From: an uncultured delta proteobacterium
Lineage (GTDB): Bacteria > Myxococcota_A > Polyangia > Polyangiales > JAFGIB01
Direction of reading: 5' to 3'
Assembly: GCA_963778655.1 (NCBI GenBank)
Contig: CAVZVA010000010.1
Span: forward strand, 141,134 to 205,133
Length of the DNA: 64,000 bases
Made by a program: the position numbers and the translations under genes. Each line of letters opens with the position of its first letter. The stretch's first letter is position 1. The notes beneath the pieces were generated by a model that saw only the letters and a program-made list of their open reading frames with translations, did not search any database and had not been told where the DNA came from. This document shows, in pieces, positions 46,093 through 55,753 of this stretch.

Positions 46093-46884
46093 TCATCTCT
46101 TTTGCGTCGACAACCCTTTGCGGAACGCGTTCAGTCGCCCGCGGAGCGCTTCGCGGGGTTCCGGGTGACCGCTAATCGATGCGCGTGCGAGTCGTTCGAA
46201 TGGCGCGGAGTCGGGCAGGTCAACCGCACGCAGAAATGCGTCGATGAGCGCGCGGTGGCTCGGCTCAGCGATTTCGGCGATGTCGATGCCGAGCGCCAGC
46301 GCGGGCTGGTCCCCGAAGTCCGGTACTTCCGAAAGCCGGGGATCTTCCCAACGACGCGTGTCGTCCACTGGAAGGTAATCAGACAGGACGTAGCCGAGAT
46401 CTTCGAGGTCGCGATCGCGTTCGGTTGGGCGATCGAGCCAGGCGACCATCTTCAGCACCACGATGACCGGAAGGGTCGCCACGGCGATCGATACGTCGGG
46501 CTCTAGACGGATCTCCCGAGTGTGCCGAAACGCGAGGTCGAACGCGGCCAAGTTCATCACGTGTCCGCTATCGGCAAAGACGAGACGTCCGCTCGCAAGC
46601 TCGGCGTGCGAGGCGGGAAGGATGTCGAGACGAACGTTGGTGCCGGGCACCTGCCACCGGTGCTCCACCTTCGGATGGCGCTCGAGCCCGAGGTGTTGCA
46701 GGTCGACTGCGACACTCGCGGAGTCGGCCACCACAGTGAGGTCCAGGTCCGCGGTTCGACGCCAGGTCATCGGCAGATGCGCCCCGAGCGCTGCGGCGCC
46801 TATCAGCACAACCTGTCGGTCCGGCCACGCGCGACGCAGTCGGGCGAGCACTTGCACTTGCTCGGGTGAAAGAGCGGAGTTCAC
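46093..46884 (-). CDS. nucleotidyltransferase, AbiEii/AbiGii toxin-like
   Basis: VVLIGAAALGAHLPMTWRRTADLDLTV (pol-beta NTase G-x-x-A...D-x-D). 263 aa. 4-nt overlap with the upstream gene. Confidence 0.65.
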   Translation of the reverse strand: MNSALSPEQVQVLARLRRAWPDRQVVLIGAAALGAHLPMTWRRTADLDLTVVADSASVAVDLQHLGLERHPKVEHRWQVPGTNVRLDILPASHAELASGRLVFADSGHVMNLAAFDLAFRHTREIRLEPDVSIAVATLPVIVVLKMVAWLDRPTERDRDLEDLGYVLSDYLPVDDTRRWEDPRLSEVPDFGDQPALALGIDIAEIAEPSHRALIDAFLRAVDLPDSAPFERLARASISGHPEPREALRGRLNAFRKGLSTQKR

Positions 46885-47948
46885 CTGTAGCGCTCCTCGC
46901 TCAACCAGCGCTCTGCGATTTCGCGCGCGGCTTCACGTGCCCGCTCGTTGCGCTCGAACAGCAGCTCCGAATACACGAGCAAGGGATGCGCCGTGTCGTC
47001 CGTCACGCCCTGTTGTGCCAGCAGCCCAGGGTACGCGACGAGCTCGAGCGGCCCCGAGCGATCCGGGATGGCTCGCAGTCTGCGGACGATATCCGGCGAC
47101 AGCTCGGCGGTATGGACGATCGTGTGAGCACCTCGGTAGTGGCCGGTCAGCCGGTGCGCAGCGGCACCGCCGCCCCAGCGGAAGTCCTCCCGCTTGCCGA
47201 GCAGCGCCCCAAGGCGCTCCTCGAGCGCGGCCGGATCTGGGTCAGGTGTGCGGAATCGGCCCAACACCAGGCGCGGTCGAAGCGCCGTGAAGTAGCCTGT
47301 CACGAACGTGTCGAGCGCACCTTTGTGTCGCCCAGGTACCCACCGGAAAGTTCGTCCTGTTTGGACGAGGGTTCCGAGCTCAACAAGTCTGTGGCGCATG
47401 TCGAGAGCGGCCTGCCGGCTCACGCCCGCGGCCTCCGCCAGAGCCCGCACGGAAGCCCCGGCCAGCGACGGCTCGGCCAGAAGTGCGAAAAGGGCGCGGT
47501 AGGCCGGCGCGCGCAGAGCCTTGCCGCCAGCGACGGGAGTGGGGCCCCTGCGGCCCTGAATGCGCGCGACATACTTGCCGCCGAGATTGAGGTAGCAGTT
47601 GCCAGCCAGATCCATGAAGGCAACACGCTCGCGTTCGAGTAGGTCCCCGAGCTCACGCCCAACCGACGGCGCGAGCAGCAACAGGCGCGCTCGATCGCGA
47701 GCGCGCGCCGAGGCACGAAGCGAGAGGAGCTGCTCTGCCATGGCAGGAGACCAATGGCTCTTCTTCACTTCGGCCAACAGCCGCTGTTTGCCAGACTCGG
47801 TACGAAGCTCCAGCTCGTAGTCGAAGACCTGATCCACCTCGGACCGCATCACGCGAACGTCTCGCACGAACGGCAGCGCACGAAGGCGAGCCAGGTACGG
47901 TTGGAGCTCGCTAGGCCCAGCCTGCATGCTGGTCTGGTAGCATGTCAT
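46881..47948 (-). CDS. AbiEi-like antitoxin/regulator with extra N-terminal PD-(D/E)xK-like module (tentative)
   Basis: 355 aa. DYELELRT...LLAEVKKS N-terminal pattern. wHTH-like ASVRALAEAAGVSRQAALDMRHRLVELG. C-terminal domain of ~170 aa. Operon partner of an NTase. Confidence 0.55.
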   Translation of the reverse strand: MTCYQTSMQAGPSELQPYLARLRALPFVRDVRVMRSEVDQVFDYELELRTESGKQRLLAEVKKSHWSPAMAEQLLSLRASARARDRARLLLLAPSVGRELGDLLERERVAFMDLAGNCYLNLGGKYVARIQGRRGPTPVAGGKALRAPAYRALFALLAEPSLAGASVRALAEAAGVSRQAALDMRHRLVELGTLVQTGRTFRWVPGRHKGALDTFVTGYFTALRPRLVLGRFRTPDPDPAALEERLGALLGKREDFRWGGGAAAHRLTGHYRGAHTIVHTAELSPDIVRRLRAIPDRSGPLELVAYPGLLAQQGVTDDTAHPLLVYSELLFERNERAREAAREIAERWLSEERYR

Positions 47949-48053
47949 TTACTAAGTGACAAACGATTATAAATGACATCGCGGCGCTTGGCTTACAGCG
48001 GGGTACGCCGGTCCACGCTCCGGCAGGCCACGACCGGCGAAGTTGGCCACTCG

Positions 48054-48212
48054 ATGACGGGTCACGTCACTTAGCGCATGACCGAGCACTACTCGCACGT
48101 GGGCACGGACGTGAAACGCACCGCCGTGCTGCGAGCCCTGGCCCCGCTTTCAGCCGCTCAGGTGGGGACAAGTGCCGCGGCGACGAACGACGCCAGCAGC
48201 ACTGTCCCCTAA
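48054..48212 (+). pseudogene. tyrosine integrase 3' remnant with in-frame TAG (48072)
   Basis: MTGHVT(TAG)RMTEHYSHVGTDVKRTAVLRALAPLSA...; compare the intact MTGHVTERMTEHYSHV. Confidence 0.65.
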
Positions 48213-48236
48213 GTGTCTCAAAACTCAGCCAAAAAC

Positions 48237-48280
48237 GGAGCGGGAGAAGGGATTCGAACCCTCGACGTCAACCTTGGCAA
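48237..48280 (-). repeat. tRNA-Gly 3' half (44 nt, att-like)
   Basis: Identical to 51231-51274 and 45756-45799. Confidence 0.85.
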
Positions 48281-48470
48281 TCGTCCTCGTCCTCCGAGAT
48301 CGCACGCGAAGCGCTACTTTCCCGGCAACCCGAGCGCACGCACGAGCACGCAGGATCTCCGAGGCGCAGGTGGTTGCAGTCAACGCGAAGTCAACCGGCA
48401 TGGCGTCGAGGCGCGGGAAGTGTCGCCAGCGCGGGGCGCCGCGTGGTGGCTGCGCCCGTGCTGCGCTACG

Positions 48471-48713
48471 ATGCGCACCATGGCTGCGGACGGCACTCGT
48501 GACGAATCGACGGCGGAGCGCTGCGAGCGCACGCTGGCCGTGCGCGGTCCGGAGCCGGCCTTCGATGATCAGGGCGTCGATCTCACCCAGATCCGGGCGG
48601 CGCTCGCTCGCACGCCCGACGAGCGGCTCTCGCACCTCGAGGCCAGCGCCAACAGCCTTCGCTGGTTGCTGAAGGCGGCGCACGCTCCGCGTACCGATGT
48701 CGACGCCGTCTGA
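48471..48713 (+). CDS. small protein, putative antitoxin-like partner of the downstream nucleotidyltransferase
   Basis: 81 aa. ...GVDLTQIRAALARTPDERLSHLEASANSLRWLL. 17-nt overlap with the next gene. Start uncertain (ATG 48471 or 48480). Confidence 0.5.
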   Translation: MRTMAADGTRDESTAERCERTLAVRGPEPAFDDQGVDLTQIRAALARTPDERLSHLEASANSLRWLLKAAHAPRTDVDAV

Positions 48714-49188
48714 CTATCGTAGGCTCTTTCGCGAGCTCGCTGCGGAACGCGTCGAGTTCATCGTCGTGGGCGCCCTCGCGGCGGTGCTCCAGGGTGCGCC
48801 GATCGTCACCTTCGATCTCGACATTCTGCGCAGGCGCACGCCCGAGAACATCGAGCGCCTGTTACGTGTGCTCGAGCGCCTGAAGGCCGTCGCGCGCAAC
48901 GACCCACGACGCATCCCGCCCAACGCCTCCCACCTTGGTGGTCCTGGCCATCTGCTGCTGGACACCACCGCCGGCGACCTCGACATTCTCGGCACGATCG
49001 AGGAGTCCACGGGCTACGACGAGCTCTTGGACGAGACCATCGAGATCGAGCTGGAGGGCGCCCGCGTCCGCGTGCTCCGACTCGAGCGCGTGATTCGAGC
49101 CAAGGAGGCCGCGGGGAGGCCCAAGGACCTCGCCGTACTGCCGGTGCTGCGCGCGACGCTCGAGCAAATCCGCCGCCGACAGCGGTGA
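48697..49188 (+). CDS. minimal nucleotidyltransferase-fold protein
   Basis: FIVVGALAAVLQGAPIVTFDLDIL (G-x-x-A...D-x-D), later AGRPKDLAVLPVLRATL. 163 aa. Confidence 0.65.
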   Translation: MSTPSDYRRLFRELAAERVEFIVVGALAAVLQGAPIVTFDLDILRRRTPENIERLLRVLERLKAVARNDPRRIPPNASHLGGPGHLLLDTTAGDLDILGTIEESTGYDELLDETIEIELEGARVRVLRLERVIRAKEAAGRPKDLAVLPVLRATLEQIRRRQR

Positions 49189-49519
49189 GCGCCTAGTCAG
49201 CATGAAGAGGGTGTCTTGCCCGTCCGGGAAGTGAACCCATAATCCTTTCTGCGAAGCAGGCTCCCCCAATGTATCGGGAGGCCTGCTTAATTCCGCGCGG
49301 CAGAAGCGACGTGGTCGTGCGGCTCACTGCCGCAGAGGCATCCTCTACGAAGAAGGCGCGTTGCCGGGCGTGAAGGTCTCCGCCGCCGAGGTCATCTCGA
49401 GGGTCGCGCCTGCAGTGGATCACGTGCTCGCTCATCACGCGTCAGATCGCACCGAGCGGCTTCAAGCTCACCGAGCTTCCTCAGCACGGCGATGGGTGAT
49501 AGCCGGGGTGGTGTACGGC

Positions 49520-50200
49520 CTACTCGGGGCGACGCTCGAGCGCGTGCTCGAGCTCGATGATCGAGATGAGCGTGAGGTCGGGTACCTCATCGGGTCCGCG
49601 CGCAACCTGGTGGCGGGCGAAGCCTTGCAGGACGCGCACCGTGCTCCAGCCCAAACGCTTGGCGGGCGCGATGTCGTTCTCCAGGCGATCGCCGATCATG
49701 GTCGCGTCCGCCGGCGAGCAGCCGGCAGTCCGGGCTGCCTGCTGGAAGATGCGTGGGTCGGGCTTCGCGATCCCGAGTTCGGCGGAGGCTGCGACCACTG
49801 AGAAGGCATCGCGGATGCCGAGTCGTCGCAACCGCTCCTCGGTCCCAGTCGATTGGTTCGCGATCACGCCCAGCCGATGCGACTTGCTGAGCCGCCCGAG
49901 CAGGGCCTCGACGCCAGGGTAGAGGCGCTCGCGGCCGTGGTCGTAGGCGATGTCGCGCCGGATCGCTTGCACCAACGCCTCGGGGAGACCGAGGCGCGAC
50001 GTGATCGTGGCGAAGAAGGGGCTGGCCGCGAAGTCGGTCGCTGCGCGCTCCAAGAGCTGCCACAGCTCATCGACCGCGCAATGAACGCCGTGCCCTTCGA
50101 GCAGTTCGACGGTGAGCTGGCAGCGCGCGCGGTGGGCATTGGTTTCGTCGATCAGCGTCCAGCCCAGATCGAAGAAGAGCCACTTTGTAGCATCGGTCAT
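49520..50200 (-). CDS. HAD-superfamily hydrolase
   Basis: Motif I FFDLGWTLID, motif II VIANQS, motif III/IV KPDPRIF...MIGDRLENDI. Confidence 0.85.
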   Translation of the reverse strand: MTDATKWLFFDLGWTLIDETNAHRARCQLTVELLEGHGVHCAVDELWQLLERAATDFAASPFFATITSRLGLPEALVQAIRRDIAYDHGRERLYPGVEALLGRLSKSHRLGVIANQSTGTEERLRRLGIRDAFSVVAASAELGIAKPDPRIFQQAARTAGCSPADATMIGDRLENDIAPAKRLGWSTVRVLQGFARHQVARGPDEVPDLTLISIIELEHALERRPE

Positions 50201-50582
50201 GCGGGCCGGTGCCTCCGACGCTTCACGCCAAGGAGCGGGTGGCTACCATGAAGCACCTGCCCAGTCTGCCAGCGCCCCGGCGCCGCGTCATTCGCCGACC
50301 TCGGTTGCCAGCGCGCCGGCAGCTCCGACAGCTGGGAACTCATGACCAACCGCTTCGAGTGAACCCAAGAGACCGAGCGGCGGCCTCGAGAGCTGGTGGC
50401 GGCGTCCGAGCACGAGGACCGCGTGTCGAGGCGCCTACATTTCCGCGTCCTTCATCTCGCGCCGCTTCTTCAACCAGGCGTGAACGAGGGCTCCCGCGAC
50501 CATGAGAGCCGGAACCAACAGCATGCCGGTCTGGACCCCGCGGAGATCGATCGGCACTCCAAGCTCGTTCAGGGGCTTCACC

Positions 50583-50942
50583 GAGGTAGCAGTTGCCAGC
50601 CAGATCCATGAAGGCAACACGCTCGCGTTCGAGTAGGTCCCCGAGCTCACGCCCAACCGACGGCGCGAGCAGCAACAGGCGCGCTCGATCGCGAGCGCGC
50701 GCCGAGGCACGAAGCGAGAGGAGCTGCTCTGCCATGGCAGGAGACCAATGGCTCTTCTTCACTTCGGCCAACAGCCGCTGTTTGCCAGACTCGGTACGAA
50801 GCTCCAGCTCGTAGTCGAAGACCTGATCCACCTCGGACCGCATCACGCGAACGTCTCGCACGAACGGCAGCGCACGAAGGCGAGCCAGGTACGGTTGGAG
50901 CTCGCTAGGCCCAGCCTGCATGCTGGTCTGGTAGCATGTCAT
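50583..50942 (-). pseudogene. truncated duplicate of the AbiEi-like gene (first ~120 codons)
   Basis: MTCYQTSMQAGP...VAFMDLAGNCYL is identical to 46881-47948 and then diverges into unrelated sequence. Confidence 0.7.
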
Positions 50943-51047
50943 TTACTAAGTGACAAACGATTATAAATGACATCGCGGCGCTTGGCTTACAGCGGGGTAC
51001 GCCGGTCCACGCTCCGGCAGGCCACGACCGGCGAAGTTGGCCACTCG

Positions 51048-51206
51048 ATGACGGGTCACGTCACTTAGCGCATGACCGAGCACTACTCGCACGTGGGCAC
51101 GGACGTGAAACGCACCGCCGTGCTGCGAGCCCTGGCCCCGCTTTCAGCCGCTCAGGTGGGGACAAGTGCCGCGGCGACGAACGACGCCAGCAGCACTGTC
51201 CCCTAA
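51048..51206 (+). pseudogene. tyrosine integrase 3' remnant with in-frame TAG (duplicate of 48054-48212)
   Basis: Part of repeat copy B; same text as 48054-48212. Confidence 0.65.
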
Positions 51207-51230
51207 GTGTCTCAAAACTCAGCCAAAAAC

Positions 51231-51304
<74 letters not shown>

Positions 51305-51316
51305 AAGTGGGCGGAA

Positions 51317-51345
51317 TAGATAGGCAAATCGGAACCGCCTGTCAA
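51317..51345 (-). promoter_or_regulatory. candidate sigma70-type promoter of tRNA-Gly
   Basis: On the minus strand: TTGACA (51345-51340), 17-nt spacer, TATCTA (51322-51317), 12 nt to the tRNA 5' end. Confidence 0.5.
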
Positions 51346-52547
51346 GGCGAATCCGGGGTCCCCACCGCCGTCCCCACCAGGGGGGCCGAAAGCGGGGCCA
51401 GGGCGCGCACCACGGCGGTGCGCTTCTCGTCCGTGTGGACGTGCGAGTAGTGCTCGGTCATGCGCTCGGTGACGTGGCCCGTCATCGAGCGGACGACCTC
51501 GCCGGTCGTAGCCTGCCGGAGCAGGTTGTTGAAGGTGCGCCGGAAGCCGTGGAGGGTGAACCGCTGGTCGATGCCTGCGGCCGCCAGCGCGGCCGCCAGC
51601 GGCTTCTGTGGGGTGGCCTGGCTCATCAGCCCTCCCACTTTCGAGGGGAATACCCAACCCGCCGCGAGGCCCGGCGCCTGAGCACTGAGCATACGCCTGC
51701 GGTGCTCTGCGAGCACCTGGGCGAGCCCAGGCATCATCGGCACCGTACGCGTGCGGTTGGTCTTGGTCGTTCCGACGTGACCACGCCAGTGGGAGCGCCG
51801 GATCGTGATGACCCCGCGCCGCTCGTCGATGTCCTCCCAGCGCAGCGACGTGGCCTCGCTGATGCGCATGCCGGTCTCGGCCAGGAGTCGGAACAACGGG
51901 TAGTGTCGCGGGGTGGTCCGCTGCACGGCGTCGAGCAGTCGCGCGAGCTGCTCGCCCGTCAGGCAGTTGGGATCGCCGTCCGCTCGCGCTTCGGTCATGG
52001 CCTTCGTGCGCGCCGTTGGGTCGCGTGGAAGGTCGAGCTCGACGACCGCGTCCCCGAACATCGTTCGAAGAACACGGAGCGCGCTGTTGACGGTTGCCGG
52101 CGCCAAGCGCTCGGCTAGCCGATCGCGCAAACCGACAATGTCCGCGTGCTCGACGGCGTCCATGTACATGTCCCCGATGCACGGCAGCGCGTGCACGTCA
52201 AGCGCCGTCGCGTACCGGTTCGCGGTCGACGGCTTCAGTGTGGGCAGCTTGGTATTCAGCCACGAGTGCGCGTAGTCCTGCACGCGCATCCGAGCCCTGG
52301 CTTCCAGCTCCCCGGCTTCGAGCCGCGCCCGAAGCTCCTCGCGTCGACCGTTTGCCTCTGCGGGGCTTGCGAGCCCCTCGAAGGTTCGGTCGATCTCCTT
52401 GAACTTGCCGGTCTTGGGGTCGCGCCACTTCACGCGCACGCGATAGCTCCCCGCGCCCAGCGATTGAATGCCCGGATATCGAGTCTTCTTGCCCTTCTTC
52501 CTCATCTGCGACTCCATCACCGGGCGCTGCATGCCGCTGGGCAGCAT
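51342..52547 (-). CDS. int: tyrosine recombinase / phage-type integrase (intact)
   Basis: 401 aa. ...RISEATSLRWEDID..., HGFRRTFNNLLR, MTGHVTERMTEHYSHV (catalytic Y). The alternative start MRKKGKK at 52505 is possible. Confidence 0.85.
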   Translation of the reverse strand: MLPSGMQRPVMESQMRKKGKKTRYPGIQSLGAGSYRVRVKWRDPKTGKFKEIDRTFEGLASPAEANGRREELRARLEAGELEARARMRVQDYAHSWLNTKLPTLKPSTANRYATALDVHALPCIGDMYMDAVEHADIVGLRDRLAERLAPATVNSALRVLRTMFGDAVVELDLPRDPTARTKAMTEARADGDPNCLTGEQLARLLDAVQRTTPRHYPLFRLLAETGMRISEATSLRWEDIDERRGVITIRRSHWRGHVGTTKTNRTRTVPMMPGLAQVLAEHRRRMLSAQAPGLAAGWVFPSKVGGLMSQATPQKPLAAALAAAGIDQRFTLHGFRRTFNNLLRQATTGEVVRSMTGHVTERMTEHYSHVHTDEKRTAVVRALAPLSAPLVGTAVGTPDSP

Positions 52548-52941
52548 AGCGCGTCGCCCCTGTTTCGAGAAACCGGTCCAAGGTCCGCAGACGGAACATG
52601 TGCGTGCCGCGAGGCCCGCGGCCGTCCGGCACGAGCCGGCCGCGGTGGACGAGCGTTCGGACGGCTGAAGGCGACCGCTTGAGATAGCGCGCAGCCTCCA
52701 ACGCCGTTAGCCACGCGTGCGGTGACCGGCACGGGTACCCACATTCAGCGCAGCATTGAGACCGGCGCGCCGAACCAGGAGCACTGGCACGCTCCTCCCC
52801 GCTCCAAGCAGGGGCCGGCTCCTCACAGCCATCAAGACCCGGACCTATGCCCCCGCCTGGCGTGTCCGCCGGCCAGTGTTCGTCGAGCGCAACGCGAAGC
52901 GCGTGAAGTGCAGCCAGCGTGTCCTCGAGCGTGACGTTCAT
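52198..52941 (-). CDS. excisionase-type HTH protein (functional part about 52557-52941; ORF has no stop before 52198)
   Basis: Start MNVTLEDTLAAL. WLTALEAARYLKRSPSAVRTLVHRGRLVPDGRGPRGTHMFRLRTLDRFLE (MerR/excisionase-like HTH). The tail overlaps int in another frame. Confidence 0.5.
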   Translation of the reverse strand: MNVTLEDTLAALHALRVALDEHWPADTPGGGIGPGLDGCEEPAPAWSGEERASAPGSARRSQCCAECGYPCRSPHAWLTALEAARYLKRSPSAVRTLVHRGRLVPDGRGPRGTHMFRLRTLDRFLETGATRYAAQRHAAPGDGVADEEEGQEDSISGHSIAGRGELSRAREVARPQDRQVQGDRPNLRGARKPRRGKRSTRGASGAARSRGAGSQGSDARAGLRALVAEYQAAHTEAVDREPVRDGA

Positions 52942-53146
52942 GGCAGGGCCTGGGCCCTCTCGCGGTCCGAAGCCGGCAGCCACGGCCAAAGGGAACGCAC
53001 GGTCGTTTATGCCATGTTGTCTTCTAAACAGCAAACTAGAACGTCGCTGGCACCCGAATCAGCCGTAGATTTCCTTCCTGTTCGGCACGCGCTCGTGATG
53101 GAAGTGCCTGGGCTTGTCGGCCGTTTGCGCGGGCGGGGCGACGGAC
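52897..53146. repeat. right arm of ~250-bp inverted repeat (partner 24694-24945)
   Basis: See the left arm. Covers the 3' end of gene 53059-53409, the intergenic region and the first ~15 codons of the excisionase-like gene. Confidence 0.8.
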
Positions 53147-53409
53147 CGCGTCGCGTGATGGACGGGCCGGTGGCGATCTTGCTCGGAGGAGATAAGGGTC
53201 GCGACGTGCCGCCGGAAGGCGTGGTAGCCGACCTGCACTGAGCCCTCCGCCCGCAGCGTTTGCCAGACCGCTTTCACGGACCAGCCGTCGTCCAGCGCTT
53301 TGCGGATCTCCTCGCGAAGGGCAAGCACCACAACGCGTCCCTTGCCGCTTCGCCGTGCCGGCTGGTCCTGCATGAACTGCGCAACTCGCTTGGTCAACGA
53401 TTCGCTCAT
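53059..53409 (-). CDS. hypothetical protein of the integrase module (possible DNA-binding)
   Basis: 116 aa. ...LALREEIRKALDDGWSVKAVWQTLRAEGSVQVGYHAFRRHV... Its last 28 codons recur at 24697-24780. Confidence 0.5.
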   Translation of the reverse strand: MSESLTKRVAQFMQDQPARRSGKGRVVVLALREEIRKALDDGWSVKAVWQTLRAEGSVQVGYHAFRRHVATLISSEQDRHRPVHHATRSVAPPAQTADKPRHFHHERVPNRKEIYG

Positions 53410-54142
53410 ATCAGCTCACCAACGCTCTGCCTTCCATCACGGCGTGCCCATAAACGATCCCATAGCCCATGAACGCTCCCGCTTGGAGTCTATTTGTTCA
53501 GATCCGTCTCAAATTCCGCAATCGAGCGATCCGTGAGCCTTTGTGGACCTCGTGTGAGCTGACGAGAGCGCTGAAGTAGGAGGGCAAGATGTGGGAAGTT
53601 AGCCAACTTCCCGTCGAGTCCATTCGCGCGAAGCGCTCAAGGGCGGGGTTATTCGCGCCTGCCGGCGCTCAATGGCTGGACGCCAGGCCAGAACGCGGTG
53701 CGCACGAAGGCGACCGCACGGTTACCCGTGCTGTGACTGCCGCCCAGGATCCGGCGCCCACGAGCCAGTCGTGAAGAGCTCGACGATCGCGGCGGCCCGT
53801 TCTGGCGGCCACTGCCACGTTCCGCTCGTGGCGTTCAAGGGCATCCTGTCTTGCTGTTTGGCCACCTCGGGGATGGCACCGCGGTGGTGTGCCATGCGCC
53901 AGGAAGAAGCAAAGGCGCGTGCCCGAACAGATCGCCACACCGCTCAGCACAGCGGGGCCCCCGGTCAAGGCGCCGTGATCGGAAGCCTTCGGGAAGCACA
54001 GCGGCCGGCGTTCGGAGAATGAGCAGGAAGCGGCCGGTGAACAAGCTCGAAAGCGTTCGGGCCACGGGGACGCGCGCGGCGCCAGCGGCACAGAGACCCA
54101 TCTGGCGGCCGCCGCCGGTCATGGGCGCCCACCGCCACAGGC

Positions 54143-55753
54143 GTGGCAACAATTCCGCGAGGTCTCGGTGTGATCTGCCGGCACGCAAGTTGCGCGTGCC
54201 GCGCCCGTGCCCCGAGACCCAGCCCGTGCGTCGCTGCCCCGCGCGACTGCGGTGTGCGGCCCGGCTCGCCCGCCCGCACCGTACGAGCCCGCAGGCCCGA
54301 AGACAGCGTCCTGTACCACGTGCTGCAGCAGCACCTCACCACCTTTCTGCACCAAGCAAGCGAATCTCACGACGGCACCGGAATTCCCCGCTTCGTCGAG
54401 AAGGAGCTGCGAGCCTTCTTGAAATGTGGCGTGCTCGCGCACGGCTTCTGTCGCTTTCGCTGCACCGCCTGCAGCTTCGAGCGCTTGGTCCCGCTCTCCT
54501 GCAAGGGCCGCGGCTTCTGTCCGAGCTGCGGCGGTAGACGCATGACCGAGATCAGCGCGAACTTGACCGATCACGTGATTCCCCTCGTGCCCGTGCGCCA
54601 GATCGTGTTGAGCTTCCCGCACAGGTTGCGCTACTTGCTGGCCTACGATCACGACCGTTGCACCGGCGTGCTGCGCATCTTCCTCCGGGCCGTGCTCGGT
54701 TTCTATCGCAGGCGCGCCCGGGCGCGGGGCACCTCGGGTGGGCGCACCGGCTCCGTGACGTTCATTCAGCGCTTCGGTTCCGCCGCGAATCTGAACTTGC
54801 ACGCCCACGTGGTCGTGCTCGATGGCGTGTTCGCCGAGGACGACACCGGCGAGCTGCGCTTCCACCAGGCCGAGGCGCCGCGCGATGAGGAGATCGCGGC
54901 GCTGCTCGCCAAAATCCGCACCCGCATCCTCCGCCACCTCGACAAGCAGGGCCTGCTCGACGACGACCAGGGCCGCGTCGACCCGCTCAGCGACGAAGCG
55001 CCGCTGCTTGCAAGCTGCTACGCCACCTCGATCGGTCAGCGCCAGACCGTGGGCAGTCGCCCGGGCGCCTCGCTGCCGCGCATTGGCCAAGACCCCGACG
55101 CGCCGTGGATTGAGCATCGAGGACCGTTGCAAGCGCATCTCGACGGCTTCGATCTGCACGCGAGCGTGACTATGGCCGCGCAACATCCCGAAGGCCGGTT
55201 GCCGCTCGAAAGGCTGCTGCGCTACTGCGCCCGGCCGCCGATCGCGCAGGACCGCTTGAAGGAGCTACCCGACGGTCGCATCGCGCTGGAGCTCAAGACC
55301 CCCTGGTCGGACGGCAGCACCCACGTGGTGTACGAGCCATTGGATCTGATCGCCAAGCTCGCCGCGCTCGTACCGCGACCCCGCAAGAACCTCGTGCTCT
55401 ATCATGGCGTCCTGGCCGCCAACGCGGCCTGGCGCGAGCGCGTCGTACGCTACGGCCGCGACGCTGCGGCGAGCGGCAGGACCACCGGCGATGCTGACGC
55501 CGGGAGCGCAACCGAGCCTGCCGAGTCACGCCGCCGATGCAACCAATGGGCCGAGCTCATGCGTCGGGCCTTCGGCTACGACCTGCTCGTGTGCCCCGAT
55601 TGCGGCGGCAAGATGGCGCTGATCGCCTGCATCCTAGAACGGGCCGCGGTCCGCAAGATCCTAGCCCACCTCGGCCTGCCCCAAGAACCCCCGGTCGTAA
55701 CCAACGCCCGCGCTTCGCCCGGTCACGAGCCCCTCTTCGACGACGTCGCGTGA
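54143..55753 (+). CDS. IS91-family (Y2 rolling-circle) transposase
   Basis: Zn-binding CGVLAHGFCRFRCTACSFERLVPLSCKGRGFCPSCGGRR. FIQRFGSAANLNLHAHVVVLDGVF. C-terminal CPDCGGKM. Confidence 0.8.
   Translation: MATIPRGLGVICRHASCACRARAPRPSPCVAAPRDCGVRPGSPARTVRARRPEDSVLYHVLQQHLTTFLHQASESHDGTGIPRFVEKELRAFLKCGVLAHGFCRFRCTACSFERLVPLSCKGRGFCPSCGGRRMTEISANLTDHVIPLVPVRQIVLSFPHRLRYLLAYDHDRCTGVLRIFLRAVLGFYRRRARARGTSGGRTGSVTFIQRFGSAANLNLHAHVVVLDGVFAEDDTGELRFHQAEAPRDEEIAALLAKIRTRILRHLDKQGLLDDDQGRVDPLSDEAPLLASCYATSIGQRQTVGSRPGASLPRIGQDPDAPWIEHRGPLQAHLDGFDLHASVTMAAQHPEGRLPLERLLRYCARPPIAQDRLKELPDGRIALELKTPWSDGSTHVVYEPLDLIAKLAALVPRPRKNLVLYHGVLAANAAWRERVVRYGRDAAASGRTTGDADAGSATEPAESRRRCNQWAELMRRAFGYDLLVCPDCGGKMALIACILERAAVRKILAHLGLPQEPPVVTNARASPGHEPLFDDVA

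Larger units (their letters stand above)
47589..48280. repeat. 692-bp direct repeat, copy A (partner 50583-51274)
   Basis: Offset of exactly 2994 bp. ORF-track translations over both copies are identical (47599/50593, 47754/50748, and the first 35 aa of 48172/51166). Confidence 0.9.

Noticed and set aside
49254-49288. A strong hairpin (AAGCAGGCTCCC / GGGAGGCCTGCTT) lies between the convergent NTase and HAD genes and could be a bidirectional terminator.
   Set aside because: No U-tract follows on either strand. It may still be a structure-dependent terminator or a REP-like element, but that cannot be supported from sequence alone.
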